Shown here: in pieces, positions 47,514-56,888 of the stretch
Numbering within the stretch: the first letter of the stretch is position 1
Layout: each line of letters begins with the position of its first letter
NCBI GenBank assembly: GCA_034667725.1
Contig: JAXDQS010000002.1
Coordinates: 32,001 to 96,000, forward strand
Direction of reading: 5' to 3'
Length of the DNA: 64,000 bases
Origin: Thermoplasmata archaeon
Lineage (GTDB): Archaea; Thermoplasmatota; E2; JACPAO01; JAHFTW01
Notes under the pieces: generated by a model
Databases searched by the model: none
What the model was told of the DNA's origin: nothing
What the model saw: the letters and a program-made list of their open reading frames with translations, nothing else
Translations under genes and position numbers: made by a program

Positions 47514-47553
47514 CGGCCGCTTGCCTCTTGAGCCGACCGCCCCTCCGTCGGGC

Positions 47554-49323
47554 GTGCACCAGTCGACCGCCTCCCTCAAGGACCTGCTCGCCAAGGCCCA
47601 TCGCGTCGACCACCCGCACCTGCACGGCGACGTGCTGCCTTCCTTCGACTTGGGCGTGGACGGCATCGGCGACCTCCTCGAACGCCGCGCCCGGGAGCAA
47701 CCCGACAAGCCGTTCCTGGTGTTCTACGACGACGACGCGCGCACCCGGTCGGACTGGACGCGGCAGGAGTTCGTGGTGGAGGTCCGCAAGGCCGCGAAGG
47801 TCCTGGAGGACCTCGGCTTGGTGCCTGGCGACCGCATCGCGACGGCGGACGAGTTCAACCACGCCGACACGCTGATCGTCCTATGCGCCGCGTGGGCGTC
47901 GGGCATCGCGGTGGCGCCGCTCAACCTGAAGGAGGACGACGACCGGCTGCGCTACATCCTGGCGCACGCGGAGGTCAAGGCGGTGTTCGCGCGGGACGCG
48001 TGCGCCCCGCGCGTCGGCCCGATCGCGCGCAAGGCAGGGGCGGGGATCGTCGTGTCGTTCGGCGACCAGTGCGTGCGGACGGTCTACGACGCCGAGTGGG
48101 ACGAGATGATGTACAGCGTGCAGGAGGAGCGCGACCTGCCGCCGCAACGCCTGGACACGGAGGCGCTCCTGGTCTACACGTCGGGCACGACGGGCCATCC
48201 CAAGGGCGTGGTGCTGACCCACGAGATGCTCCACGACGCGCACGCCATCGCGGCGCACCACGGCTTCGGGCCGGAGGACGCGTTCATGACGGCGATGCCG
48301 CTGTTCCATGTCAACGCCATCGTGACCACGTGCCTGACGGCGATGTGGTGCGGCGCGTCGGTGGTCTTGAACCGCAAGTGGAAGCCGGCGCTGTTCTGGG
48401 AGCGCGCCTACGCCGAGCAGGTGTCGGCCACCTCGGTCGTGCCTGCGATGCTGAAGGCGCTCACGGACCTGGGCGACGACCTTGCCAAATATCCTGGCCT
48501 GCGGGAGCGGTTCCGGACCGTCATCTGCGGGGCGGGGCAGCTCTACGTGGACGTGGCGGAGGCGTTCACGGCGCGCTTCGGGCTTCGGATCGCGCACGGC
48601 TGGGGCATGAGCGAGACGACCTGCTACTCGTGCTTCCTGCCGGGCGACCTCAGCGCCGCCGATTACCGCACGGCCATCTCCACCCACGGCTTCCCTTCCA
48701 TCGGCGTCCCCATCGTCCACAACCAGATGGGCATCCTCGACCCCAAGACGGGCGAGCCGAAGCCTGCGGGCGTCCTGGGCAAGCCCGTCGGGCACGAATG
48801 CTGGGGCGAGATCGTGGTCGCGGGCCGCAACCTGATGAAGGAGTACTTCCGCAACGACGAGGCCAACGCCAAGACGTTCCAGTTCGGCGTGCTGCAGACC
48901 GGCGACGAGGGCTTCGTGGCGCTGGACGCGAAGGGCCGGCCGTTCTTCTTCATCGTCGGCCGCATCAAGGAGCTGATCGAGCGCGGCGGCGAGATGTTCA
49001 GCACCTTCGAGATCGACACGCTGCTGCGCCAGGTCCCCGGCGTCGAGAACGCGCTGGCCTACGGCTTCAAGTCGCAGAAGCTCGGGCAGGAGATCGGGGC
49101 CGTCGTCGAGCGCAAGCCGGGCGCCCAGCTCACGGAGGCCGAGGTGCAGGCGTGGTTCAAGCGCAAGGGCGTGCCGTGGGAGAAGTCCCCCAAGGTCGTG
49201 AAGTTCGTCGACGCCATCCCCAAGACCGCCACCGGCAAGGACCAGCGCCTCCGGTTCGCGCCGCTGTTCGAGGGGCTCTACGAGACGCAGTTCCGGCCCT
49301 CCGATTCCTGGACGTCGGCCTGA
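47554..49323 (+). CDS. AMP-dependent acyl-CoA synthetase
   Basis: YTSGTTGHPKG, WGMSET, TGD, PKTATGK; start uncertain (47521 or 47554). Confidence 0.93.
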   Translation: MHQSTASLKDLLAKAHRVDHPHLHGDVLPSFDLGVDGIGDLLERRAREQPDKPFLVFYDDDARTRSDWTRQEFVVEVRKAAKVLEDLGLVPGDRIATADEFNHADTLIVLCAAWASGIAVAPLNLKEDDDRLRYILAHAEVKAVFARDACAPRVGPIARKAGAGIVVSFGDQCVRTVYDAEWDEMMYSVQEERDLPPQRLDTEALLVYTSGTTGHPKGVVLTHEMLHDAHAIAAHHGFGPEDAFMTAMPLFHVNAIVTTCLTAMWCGASVVLNRKWKPALFWERAYAEQVSATSVVPAMLKALTDLGDDLAKYPGLRERFRTVICGAGQLYVDVAEAFTARFGLRIAHGWGMSETTCYSCFLPGDLSAADYRTAISTHGFPSIGVPIVHNQMGILDPKTGEPKPAGVLGKPVGHECWGEIVVAGRNLMKEYFRNDEANAKTFQFGVLQTGDEGFVALDAKGRPFFFIVGRIKELIERGGEMFSTFEIDTLLRQVPGVENALAYGFKSQKLGQEIGAVVERKPGAQLTEAEVQAWFKRKGVPWEKSPKVVKFVDAIPKTATGKDQRLRFAPLFEGLYETQFRPSDSWTSA

Positions 49324-49325
49324 GG

Positions 49326-49799
49326 ATGCCCCTCATGCGTTGGCTTGCCGCCGGAGGCTTCCTGCTGGCCGCCTTGGGCATCGCCAGCTCCGCTTCGCTG
49401 TCATGGTCCGCCGAATATTGGTGGTTCGCGGTCGCCTTGGCGGCCACTGCGGCCACGATGCTGCTGCCGGCCCGCGCCCGCAGGTGGGCGGCCGCGGCCA
49501 CGCTCGCCGTCGCCATGCTGGTGTGCATCCGCGTGGCGTGGAGCCGCGTCGGCGGGCCGCTGGGCGCGGACTACGGGGCGCTGGTGCTGCTTGCCGTCTC
49601 GATGGGGGCCGCCGCGCCGTCCGCTTGGCTCGGGCCGCGGCATCTGGGCTTGGCCCTCGTGCCCGGCGCCGCGGCCGGCGTGTGGTGGCTGGTGGTGGAC
49701 GGCGTTGGCGGCTCCACGAGTTTCCTGCCGGCGGACGCCTTGGTGACGGTCGGGCTAGGGCTCGCCGCCTTCGCCCTGCTGCGCGGCGACGGGGCGTGA
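49326..49799 (+). CDS. membrane protein
   Basis: Multiple TM helices; ATG 2 nt after the ligase stop. Confidence 0.65.
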   Translation: MPLMRWLAAGGFLLAALGIASSASLSWSAEYWWFAVALAATAATMLLPARARRWAAAATLAVAMLVCIRVAWSRVGGPLGADYGALVLLAVSMGAAAPSAWLGPRHLGLALVPGAAAGVWWLVVDGVGGSTSFLPADALVTVGLGLAAFALLRGDGA

Positions 49800-50273
49800 C
49801 ATCCACCACGCCACGGCCACAAGGACAAGGGCGGTCGCCATCAGCCACCATCCGAATCCTGGCATCCCTTCGACGAAGTAGGTGGTGCCCGTGGTCGCCG
49901 ACAGGCGCTCCTGCAAGCCCCAGAACGGGAACTCCAGCGGCCAAAACAGGCACGACGCCAACGCGACCACCTGGGTGGAGGCCACGGCCAAGAGGTCGCG
50001 CCGCCACTTGGCCCACTCGTGCTGCCACGAGGTCGCCGCGATGCGCACCACCAGGATCGGCAGGCCCAGCACGGCCATCACGAGGGTGAAGCGCACGGCG
50101 AGCGCCGCCGCCAGGTCGCCGGGTGTCCACAGGCTCACGGCCCCGAGCGGCTGCTCGCTCTCGGCGTCGCTGAAGGTCAGCACCCACCACGGCAGGAACA
50201 GCGCCGTCACTTGGGCAAGGAGGGCCAGCACGGCCACGAAGCCGGCGCGGCGGTGCCGCAGGGGCGCGTCCAC
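49755..50273 (-). CDS. membrane protein
   Basis: FLPWW…, four hydrophobic segments, GFGWW. Confidence 0.65.
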   Translation of the reverse strand: MDAPLRHRRAGFVAVLALLAQVTALFLPWWVLTFSDAESEQPLGAVSLWTPGDLAAALAVRFTLVMAVLGLPILVVRIAATSWQHEWAKWRRDLLAVASTQVVALASCLFWPLEFPFWGLQERLSATTGTTYFVEGMPGFGWWLMATALVLVAVAWWMSRPVAAQQGEGGEP

Positions 50274-50277
50274 GGGC

Positions 50278-50598
50278 TCAGTCCAGCAGGGCCCGCCAGC
50301 GCTTCTGGTGGACCGGGGCGGCGTTGGCGGCGGCCGCGGCGCGCTGCTGCCAGGCCTGCCGGACCATGTCCTGGATGGACGGGTCCACGGTGACCGGCGC
50401 GAAGGCGTGCCAGGGGTCCCCGTCGAAGTGCGCCAACGCCATCGCGAACGTCTGCTCGGAGCGGACCCAGTCGCCGCCCTCGCCGGGGTAGGACACGGAC
50501 TTGACCGCGCGGTAGCCGTCCGCCAAGTGCAGGACCGCGATGCGGCTGCCTTCCGTGGCGGCCTCGAAGACGACCCGCCCCGCGGGCTGGTGGCGCAT
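50278..50598 (-). CDS. hypothetical protein
   Basis: MRHQPAGRVVFEA…; host-like codon usage. Confidence 0.55.
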   Translation of the reverse strand: MRHQPAGRVVFEAATEGSRIAVLHLADGYRAVKSVSYPGEGGDWVRSEQTFAMALAHFDGDPWHAFAPVTVDPSIQDMVRQAWQQRAAAAANAAPVHQKRWRALLD

Positions 50599-50720
50599 AG
50601 GAGGGCACCGTCCAGGGGGTTCAAGCACTTTGGCAGGCGGCCGGCCTCGACAAGCTCCACCGGAACAGCCGCCCACAACCCATATACGGGCCTTTCCTAC
50701 GCGCGGTTGGCCGGTCCCGT

Positions 50721-51464
50721 TTGACGACTGCCCCACCTCCTGCTGCGAGCCGCCCGAAGCCCCCCGTGCTGGAGCCCGTCCAGCGGCTGCCGAGTCGGCG
50801 CGTGCCCCAAGACGCCAACGGCGCCGTCGTGCCGCCCCCGCCCCGCGCCGCCCGCCGCCCGTTCATCAACCTGTGCGGTGACTACCGCTTCCTGCGCGCC
50901 GGCTACTGGGCCTTGGTGGACGCCGAGCTCAACGGCGTGGAGTCGTCGCCGACCCCCATCCAGGCCGCCACCGCCCAGAACGCCGCCGCCTGCCTGCTGG
51001 TGGCGCAGAACTCCGGCATCGAGACGGTGAAGTGGACCGTCGCCCGCAAGCCGCAGGACATCGAGGTCCCGAGCCTGCTGGTCCCGGTCTCCGGCCTCAC
51101 GGATCGCTGCTACGAAGTCAAGTCGACCCGCAGCCGGGCGGCCCAGTGGCGCAGCGCGACCCAGAACGGCACCCGCCCCGCCTTGGCCGTCCAGCTGGAA
51201 GGCGAGCTGCGGAGCCTGCGCATGATCGTCGGCGTCACGGCGCACGAGAACTTCCACCTCGCCTGGGACGTCTGGCGCTCGTTCGGCATCCCGCTTGCGG
51301 AGATCTGGTACGTCGAGGCCGGCGACCCGGACGGGCCGGAAGGCTCCCGTCCGCTGTTCTTGGGCATGGACCCGCTGCCGCTGCACGAACTGACCGAGCG
51401 CGAGCTGCGCCTCTACGAGGAAGTCGCCCAGCGCCCGATGGAAGGCCCGTACGGAGGCCACTGA
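50721..51464 (+). CDS. RLAN (RimK-like ATP-grasp N-terminal) domain protein
   Basis: INLCGDYRFLRAGYWALVDAELNG matches the RLAN signature. Confidence 0.7.
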   Translation: MTTAPPPAASRPKPPVLEPVQRLPSRRVPQDANGAVVPPPPRAARRPFINLCGDYRFLRAGYWALVDAELNGVESSPTPIQAATAQNAAACLLVAQNSGIETVKWTVARKPQDIEVPSLLVPVSGLTDRCYEVKSTRSRAAQWRSATQNGTRPALAVQLEGELRSLRMIVGVTAHENFHLAWDVWRSFGIPLAEIWYVEAGDPDGPEGSRPLFLGMDPLPLHELTERELRLYEEVAQRPMEGPYGGH

Positions 51465-51579
51465 ATGGCCCGCGTCGCCAGCATGCGGGGCTCTGCGCGC
51501 CCCGCAAGCATGTCCGGCTGCGCGCGGGGCGCCACGGACCCAGCGGCACCCGAGGTGCGCTGAATGGCCCGCGTCGCCA
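51461..51579 (+). repeat. 20-bp perfect direct repeat of a stop/start junction, flanking a 79-bp hairpin insert
   Basis: CTGAATGGCCCGCGTCGCCA at 51461-51480 and 51560-51579. Confidence 0.9.
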
Positions 51580-52490
51580 TCGTTTCCGACTCCTCCAGCC
51601 GGGACCGCGCCGTCGAGCTGGAGGCCATGGAGACCTACGCCATCCAGGCGCCGGACCACGGCCACACCGCCGAGATCATCGACATCGACGACTACGCCCG
51701 CCTCCCCGAGTTCGACGCCGCCTTCCTGCGGCTCGACACCTCGGTGCTGGGCTTGCCGTTCGCCATTTCCCGCTACGCCTGGAAGCTGGGCCTGCGCGTC
51801 GTGGACGACCCCAAGTCGATGCTGACCTGCATGAACAAGGCGCACGTCCATGGCCTGCTGGAGCGCGCCGGCATCCCGACGCCCGAGACGGTCCTGCTGA
51901 CGAAGGCGGGCCGCGAGACGCTGGACGCCGAGGCGCTGTTCGCCGAGCTGGGGACGCCCATCGTGGTCAAGGCCCCGAGCGGGGCGTTCTCCTCCGCGGT
52001 CGAGAAGGCGCATGACGCCAAGGAGCTCAAGACGCTGGTGCGCCGCTTCAGCTTCCAGTCGGACGTCATCCTGCTGCAACGCTACACCCCGAGCACCTAC
52101 GACTGGCGCGTCGGCGTGCTGTGCGGCGACCCGATCTATGCGGCCCGCTACCACATCCCGAAGGGCGGCTGGCGCATCCACGACACCCCCGCCGGCGAGA
52201 ACCGCAAGCAGTGGGCCAAGATCGAGCCGGTGCCGCTCGGCAAGGTGCCCTACGCCGTGATGGAGACCGCGCTTGCCGCCTGCCGCCAGGTGGGCCATTC
52301 GCTCTACGGCGTGGACCTCAAGCAGAAGGAGGACGGCAGCGTCGTCGTCATCGAGATCAACGACAACCCGAACATCGACCCGGGTGGCGAGCTGCCGAAG
52401 AACTCCCCGGTGTTCGGGCAGATCGTCGACAAGATCGCGCGCGCAGGGCCGCGGGGCGACCGCGACCACGGCGGCGTCATCAGGGCCTGA
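51564..52490 (+). CDS. RimK-family ATP-grasp ligase
   Basis: NKA, PIVVKAP, DWRVGVL, YGVDLK, IEINDNP. Confidence 0.92.
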   Translation: MARVAIVSDSSSRDRAVELEAMETYAIQAPDHGHTAEIIDIDDYARLPEFDAAFLRLDTSVLGLPFAISRYAWKLGLRVVDDPKSMLTCMNKAHVHGLLERAGIPTPETVLLTKAGRETLDAEALFAELGTPIVVKAPSGAFSSAVEKAHDAKELKTLVRRFSFQSDVILLQRYTPSTYDWRVGVLCGDPIYAARYHIPKGGWRIHDTPAGENRKQWAKIEPVPLGKVPYAVMETALAACRQVGHSLYGVDLKQKEDGSVVVIEINDNPNIDPGGELPKNSPVFGQIVDKIARAGPRGDRDHGGVIRA

Positions 52491-52742
52491 GGGCACCACC
52501 TCCGTCGTCCCGCTGCAGCGCACGCACTTGGCGCTCGAACGCCTCCAGCGCAAGGCGGCCGGGCTGGATGCCGCGCCGGGCCAGGAACTCCAGGGTGCGG
52601 TCGTCGGAGCGGAAGACCACCCAGGTGCGCTGCGCCACGCCTTCCGAAGCCTGCCACGGGACTTGGCCGGCCTCGCCCAGGCCAGGGCCTGTCCGCTTGC
52701 CGCCACCGGAACCCTGCAAGAGTGGCGCCGGCTGCTTGCGCC

Positions 52743-53318
52743 ATGGACGGCATCCGCCGCTCGGTCCGCCTCGCGGTCGGCGCCACGCTCCTGCTGGCGT
52801 TCGCCCTCGTCGTCGCGATGCTGCCGCGCGGAGCCCCTCCAACCCCCCTGCCCATCGAGGGCAAGGGCGGCGGGCCGTTCGCGCTTCCCACGGCCGCCGG
52901 CGTCACCGAGGCCAGCTGGCAAGGGACGCCCGTCCTGGTGTTCCTGGTGCCCGCCGAACGGCTGGAAGGCGTCGACCAGCAACGCGGCGCCGGCGAGGCG
53001 ACCCCGTCGGCGACCGTGCCCGGCCAGCCGGGGCTGCGGCTGTTCGCGCTGTCGGCCAAGTCCACCTACCTCGGCTGCACCGTCGGCCTGCAAGCCGAGC
53101 TCGGCGCCTCCCTCGACATCGAGGACTACGACCTTGACGGCCTGCGCGACGGGCGCGTGCTCGACCCGTGCCACCACGGCCAATGGGACCCGTACCACCG
53201 CGGCGTCCCCGTCGCCGGCCCCGCCCCCGAGCGGCTCGCCGTGCTCGACGCCTCGGTCCAGGACGGCCGCCTGGTCGCCACCGGCTTCGACGGGCCGGTC
53301 GGCCCCGCCCCGCGCTGA
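52743..53318 (+). CDS. membrane-anchored Rieske-fold protein with degenerate cluster ligands
   Basis: N-terminal TM; STYLGC (vs CTHLGC) and DPCHHGQWD (vs CPCHGSxYD); GPAPERL. Confidence 0.75.
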   Translation: MDGIRRSVRLAVGATLLLAFALVVAMLPRGAPPTPLPIEGKGGGPFALPTAAGVTEASWQGTPVLVFLVPAERLEGVDQQRGAGEATPSATVPGQPGLRLFALSAKSTYLGCTVGLQAELGASLDIEDYDLDGLRDGRVLDPCHHGQWDPYHRGVPVAGPAPERLAVLDASVQDGRLVATGFDGPVGPAPR

Positions 53319-53366
53319 CCTCCCACGCCGGCAGCTTTTCCCGCGCCGCTTCCATCGCCGGGTTAC

Positions 53367-54011
53367 ATGAAAGTCGGAATCCTCGGCAGCGGCGACGTCG
53401 GACGCATCCTCGGCAACGGCTTCGCGGCCAAAGGCCACGACGTGGTCGTCGGCACCCGCGACCCCAAGGGCCCCAAGGCCAAAGAACTGCAAGGCAAGCT
53501 CCCGAAGGCCAAGGTCGGCACGTTCGCGGACGCCGCCAAGCACGGCGAAGTGCTGGTGCTGTGCGTCCACGGCACCGCGGCGGAGCAGGCGGTCGGGCAG
53601 GCCGGGCCCCAGAACCTGGCCGGCAAGCTCGTCCTCGACACCACCAACCCGCTCGAGTTCGGCCCCAAGGGCGCCCACAAGCCGGCGTCCGTCAAGTCCA
53701 GCCTCATCGAGACCGTCCAGCAGAAGGCCCCGCAGGCCAGGTTCGTCAAGGCCTGGAACTGCACGCCTGGCCCCCAGATGGTGGACCCCAAGTTCAAGGA
53801 AGGCACGGGCGACCAGCTCATCTGCGGCGACGACGCCAAGGCCAAGGAGCAGGCCGCCAAGATTCTGAAGGAGTTCGGCTGGAACACGGTGGACGTCGGC
53901 GACGCCAGCATGGGCCCCTACGTGGAGGGGATGGCCATCGCGGTGATCAACTACGGCGCCAAGACCAACGACTGGGGATGGGGCGTCAAGCTGGTGGGAC
54001 GGAAGGCCTAG
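53367..54011 (+). CDS. NADP oxidoreductase / F420-dependent reductase family
   Basis: GILGSGDVG, DTTNP, VKAWN, ICGDD. Confidence 0.9.
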   Translation: MKVGILGSGDVGRILGNGFAAKGHDVVVGTRDPKGPKAKELQGKLPKAKVGTFADAAKHGEVLVLCVHGTAAEQAVGQAGPQNLAGKLVLDTTNPLEFGPKGAHKPASVKSSLIETVQQKAPQARFVKAWNCTPGPQMVDPKFKEGTGDQLICGDDAKAKEQAAKILKEFGWNTVDVGDASMGPYVEGMAIAVINYGAKTNDWGWGVKLVGRKA

Positions 54012-54859
54012 CGCCGCGCCGGAATCTCCCCGAACCTTCCCGCCCGGAAGTCCTCGACCGCCTGCACGATCTCGTCGCGCGTCGTCATCACGAACGGCCC
54101 GTACTGGAACACCGGCTCCCTGAGGGGCACGCCAGTCACCAGGATGCCTTCCATCCCTTGCGCGGCGTCGACCCGCAGCTCGGTCCCCTCGGCATCGAGC
54201 ACCGCCAGCTGGCCTGCCTGCACGGGCGACCCGCCCGCCACGCATTGCCCCGCCCAGACGTACAGGAACCCTTCATGCCCCGCCGGGACCGGCAACGTCA
54301 CGCCGCCGTCCGCCAACTGGACGTGCAGGTACTGGATGGGGGTGCGGGTGTCGATGGCCGCCTTCTCGCCCATGAACTCGCCCGCCACGATGCGCACCTT
54401 GCCGCCCGGGACCACGACGGCCGGGATGCCAGCCGACGGAATCTCCTGGTAGCGCGGCGCCATCATCTTGTCCTTCTTCGGCAGGTTGACCCACAGTTGA
54501 AGGCCGTGCAGCGTGCCGCCTTTCTCGCGCAGCGCGCCGCTTGGCATCTCGGAGTGCACGACGCCGCCGCCCGCCGTCATCCACTGGACGTCGCCGGGGC
54601 GCAGGAAGCCGGCGTTGCCGTGCGAGTCGCGGTGCTCGAACTCTCCCTCCAGCAGCATGGTCACCGTCTCGAAGCCGCGGTGCGGGTGGTCGGGGAAGCC
54701 GGCGCGGGCCCCGGGCTCGAACCGGATGGGGCCCATCTCGTCCAGCAGCAGGAACGGGTCGAGCCGGCCGAGGTGCTGGCCCGGGAACGCGCGCCGGACG
54801 ACCATGCCGTCGCCTTCGGGAGTGACCTTGGCATCGACGACGCGGTCGACCTTGCGCAT
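54008..54859 (-). CDS. pirin family protein
   Basis: DPFLLLDE, HPHRGFETVT, GGVVHSE, QLWVNLP, YGPFVM. Confidence 0.95.
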   Translation of the reverse strand: MRKVDRVVDAKVTPEGDGMVVRRAFPGQHLGRLDPFLLLDEMGPIRFEPGARAGFPDHPHRGFETVTMLLEGEFEHRDSHGNAGFLRPGDVQWMTAGGGVVHSEMPSGALREKGGTLHGLQLWVNLPKKDKMMAPRYQEIPSAGIPAVVVPGGKVRIVAGEFMGEKAAIDTRTPIQYLHVQLADGGVTLPVPAGHEGFLYVWAGQCVAGGSPVQAGQLAVLDAEGTELRVDAAQGMEGILVTGVPLREPVFQYGPFVMTTRDEIVQAVEDFRAGRFGEIPARR

Positions 54860-54906
54860 GCCCAGGCCACCGCAGGCGGCGTCATATCCGTGCTGGCGCG
54901 GGCAGG

Positions 54907-55842
54907 TCAGTGGCCGCGCCGCGGCTTCGGGATGACCGCCGTCGGGCTGGCGCTCGGCGGCCACAGCCGCGCCAGGTCCGCGTCCGGCTCCTGGAGGCTG
55001 CACGAGCCGACGGCGAACGGGATGCCGGCCTTGACGGCGCGCAGCTGGGCAAGGTCCATCCTGTAGGTGCGCCAGGCGATGCCGTTGGTGAAGTCGTAGG
55101 CGTTGGGCTTGTTCTCGCGCAGCATCTCGCGGATGGCGGCGCGGCCGAAGGCGGCGCCGTGGACCTGGCGCAGGCGGAGGGCTGCCGCCGCGTTGACGAA
55201 GCCGTGGCGGTTCTTGTGGCGGGGCTCGAGGATGGGGTGGTGCAGGCCTTGCGTGACCTTGAACGGGATGCGCAGGTGGGCGACGTCCTGGATCAGCGTC
55301 GCAAGCAGCTGCTTGGTGACGGCCTGCTCGCCGGCGCCGCGGACCTTGAGCCCGACGCCGTGCCCAGTGGCCTTGGCTTGGTTCAGGAACGCCAGCGCGT
55401 CGTCGCGTTGCTTGAGCCAGTGCTTGGGGATCCAGGTGGGCTCGACGTAGAGCTGGATGCCGGACAGGGCCTTGGCGGCGGCCAAGAGCGGCGCGGCCGG
55501 GATGGTCTCGGCGTGGGTCTCGAGCGTGACGACGCGGGCATGGTCGCGGGCCTGGTTGAAGCCGTGGACCTCGCGGGCGGCCTCCTCCACCTTCTCGGCC
55601 GAGACGCCGACGACGCAGACGGTGCAAATGCGGTCGCCGAAGCCGGCCTCGACGACAGCCTGGTCGGTGATGTGGTGGAGTTGCGGGTAGGGCACCACCA
55701 TCGCGTTGCCGACGATGCCAGGGCGGATGAGGTCGGACGAGCGCGCGGACTCGCGCAGCGCGGCGCGCAGGTCGAGCTGGGCGGGCGGGAACATGCCGGC
55801 GTAGTCGAACAGGCCCTCGACGAGATGCTCCAGGCCGTTCAT
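54907..55842 (-). CDS. conserved hypothetical protein (DYAGMFPPA family)
   Basis: GLFDYAGMFPPA, KVR.G, PFK.T.GLHHP, HGFVN, GSCS; ATGA overlap with the FAH gene. Confidence 0.8.
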   Translation of the reverse strand: MNGLEHLVEGLFDYAGMFPPAQLDLRAALRESARSSDLIRPGIVGNAMVVPYPQLHHITDQAVVEAGFGDRICTVCVVGVSAEKVEEAAREVHGFNQARDHARVVTLETHAETIPAAPLLAAAKALSGIQLYVEPTWIPKHWLKQRDDALAFLNQAKATGHGVGLKVRGAGEQAVTKQLLATLIQDVAHLRIPFKVTQGLHHPILEPRHKNRHGFVNAAAALRLRQVHGAAFGRAAIREMLRENKPNAYDFTNGIAWRTYRMDLAQLRAVKAGIPFAVGSCSLQEPDADLARLWPPSASPTAVIPKPRRGH

Positions 55843-56825
55843 GCGGGCACGACCTTCTGGTCGATGGCGCCAAAGACGCTGTGGTTGCCGGCAAGCACCT
55901 CGATGCGGACGCGGTCGCCGAACTTCAAGAACGGCGTCGCAGGCTTGCCGGCCTTGAGGGTCTCCAAGGTGCGGACCTCGGCCAGGCAGCCGCAGCCGCG
56001 GGCCTCGTCCTCGTTGGAGACTGTGCCGGCGCCGAGGAGGGTGCCGGCGGGCAGCGGCCGGGTGCGGGCGGCGTGCTCCACGAGCTGGGGGAACGAGAAC
56101 AGCATCTCGCCGCAGTCGGGGGTGCCGATGCTCCTGCCATTCACCGACACGTGAATCGGAAGGTGGAGGCGGCCGTCGCGCCACGCAGGGCCCAGTTCGT
56201 CCGGCGTCACCGCGTACGGCCCCAGGCTGCTCGGCGGCTTGCCCTGGAAGAACCCGAAGCCGGCGGCCAGCTCGCGCGGGATCAGGTTGCGCAGGCTGAC
56301 GTCGTTCATCACGACCAGGAGCTTCACGTGGGCCAGCGCGTCGGCGGCCTTGGTGCCCATGGGGACGTCGTCGAGCAGCACCGCGACCTCGGCCTCCAGG
56401 TCGATGCCGTGCTCCTCCGACGCGGCCGCGACGTCCTGGGTCGGGCCCAGGAGCGGGTCGCCGACCCCTTGGTACATCAGCGGCACCGTCCGCAGGTCCG
56501 CCGGCGGCTCGGCGCCCCGCGCCCGCCGCACCAGGACGATGTGCTGGACGAAGGCGGAGCCGTCCAGCCAGCTCGTGGTGCGCGGCAGCGGCGCGAGGAA
56601 CGTGGCGCCCGCGAGGGGGCGCGACTCCGGCCAGCGGCCTTCCTTGAGCTGGCGCTCGACGCGGCGCAGCTCGGGCTCGGCGGCCCGCCAGTCCTGGAGC
56701 GCGCCCCACAGGCTGGGGGCGATGCTGCGCGGCACTAGGCCGAGCCTGCCGCCGGCCTCGTCCACCACCACGAGGCGCCCGTCGCGGGAGCCGTCGGGGA
56801 GGGTGGCGAGCTTCACGCCCGGCAC
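55839..56825 (-). CDS. fumarylacetoacetate hydrolase family protein
   Basis: KLATL.DGSRDG, DGSAF, DLEAE, NDVSLRN, GAGTVSN. Confidence 0.92.
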   Translation of the reverse strand: MPGVKLATLPDGSRDGRLVVVDEAGGRLGLVPRSIAPSLWGALQDWRAAEPELRRVERQLKEGRWPESRPLAGATFLAPLPRTTSWLDGSAFVQHIVLVRRARGAEPPADLRTVPLMYQGVGDPLLGPTQDVAAASEEHGIDLEAEVAVLLDDVPMGTKAADALAHVKLLVVMNDVSLRNLIPRELAAGFGFFQGKPPSSLGPYAVTPDELGPAWRDGRLHLPIHVSVNGRSIGTPDCGEMLFSFPQLVEHAARTRPLPAGTLLGAGTVSNEDEARGCGCLAEVRTLETLKAGKPATPFLKFGDRVRIEVLAGNHSVFGAIDQKVVPA

Positions 56826-56888
56826 GAGCGGGCGGCTCCAGATAATGGCGTCGTCAGGCGATCGGGGAGCACGAACCGGCGACGGCCT

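Noticed and set aside
51561-51563. In-frame TGA as selenocysteine or readthrough joining the mini-ORF to RimK
   Set aside because: Fully explained by the 20-bp duplication of the upstream stop/start junction; no Sec context evident
52480-52742. Possible small minus-strand gene between rimK and the Rieske-like gene
   Set aside because: No convincing start or motif; cannot be supported
50697-54245. 1182-aa minus-strand ORF, and similar long ORFs at 23761..26892, 57508..59781, 21441..23099, 17793..19718, 8929..10923 and 30382..32178
   Set aside because: Antisense or off-frame shadows of well-supported genes; stop codons are scarce in high-GC DNA; no motifs
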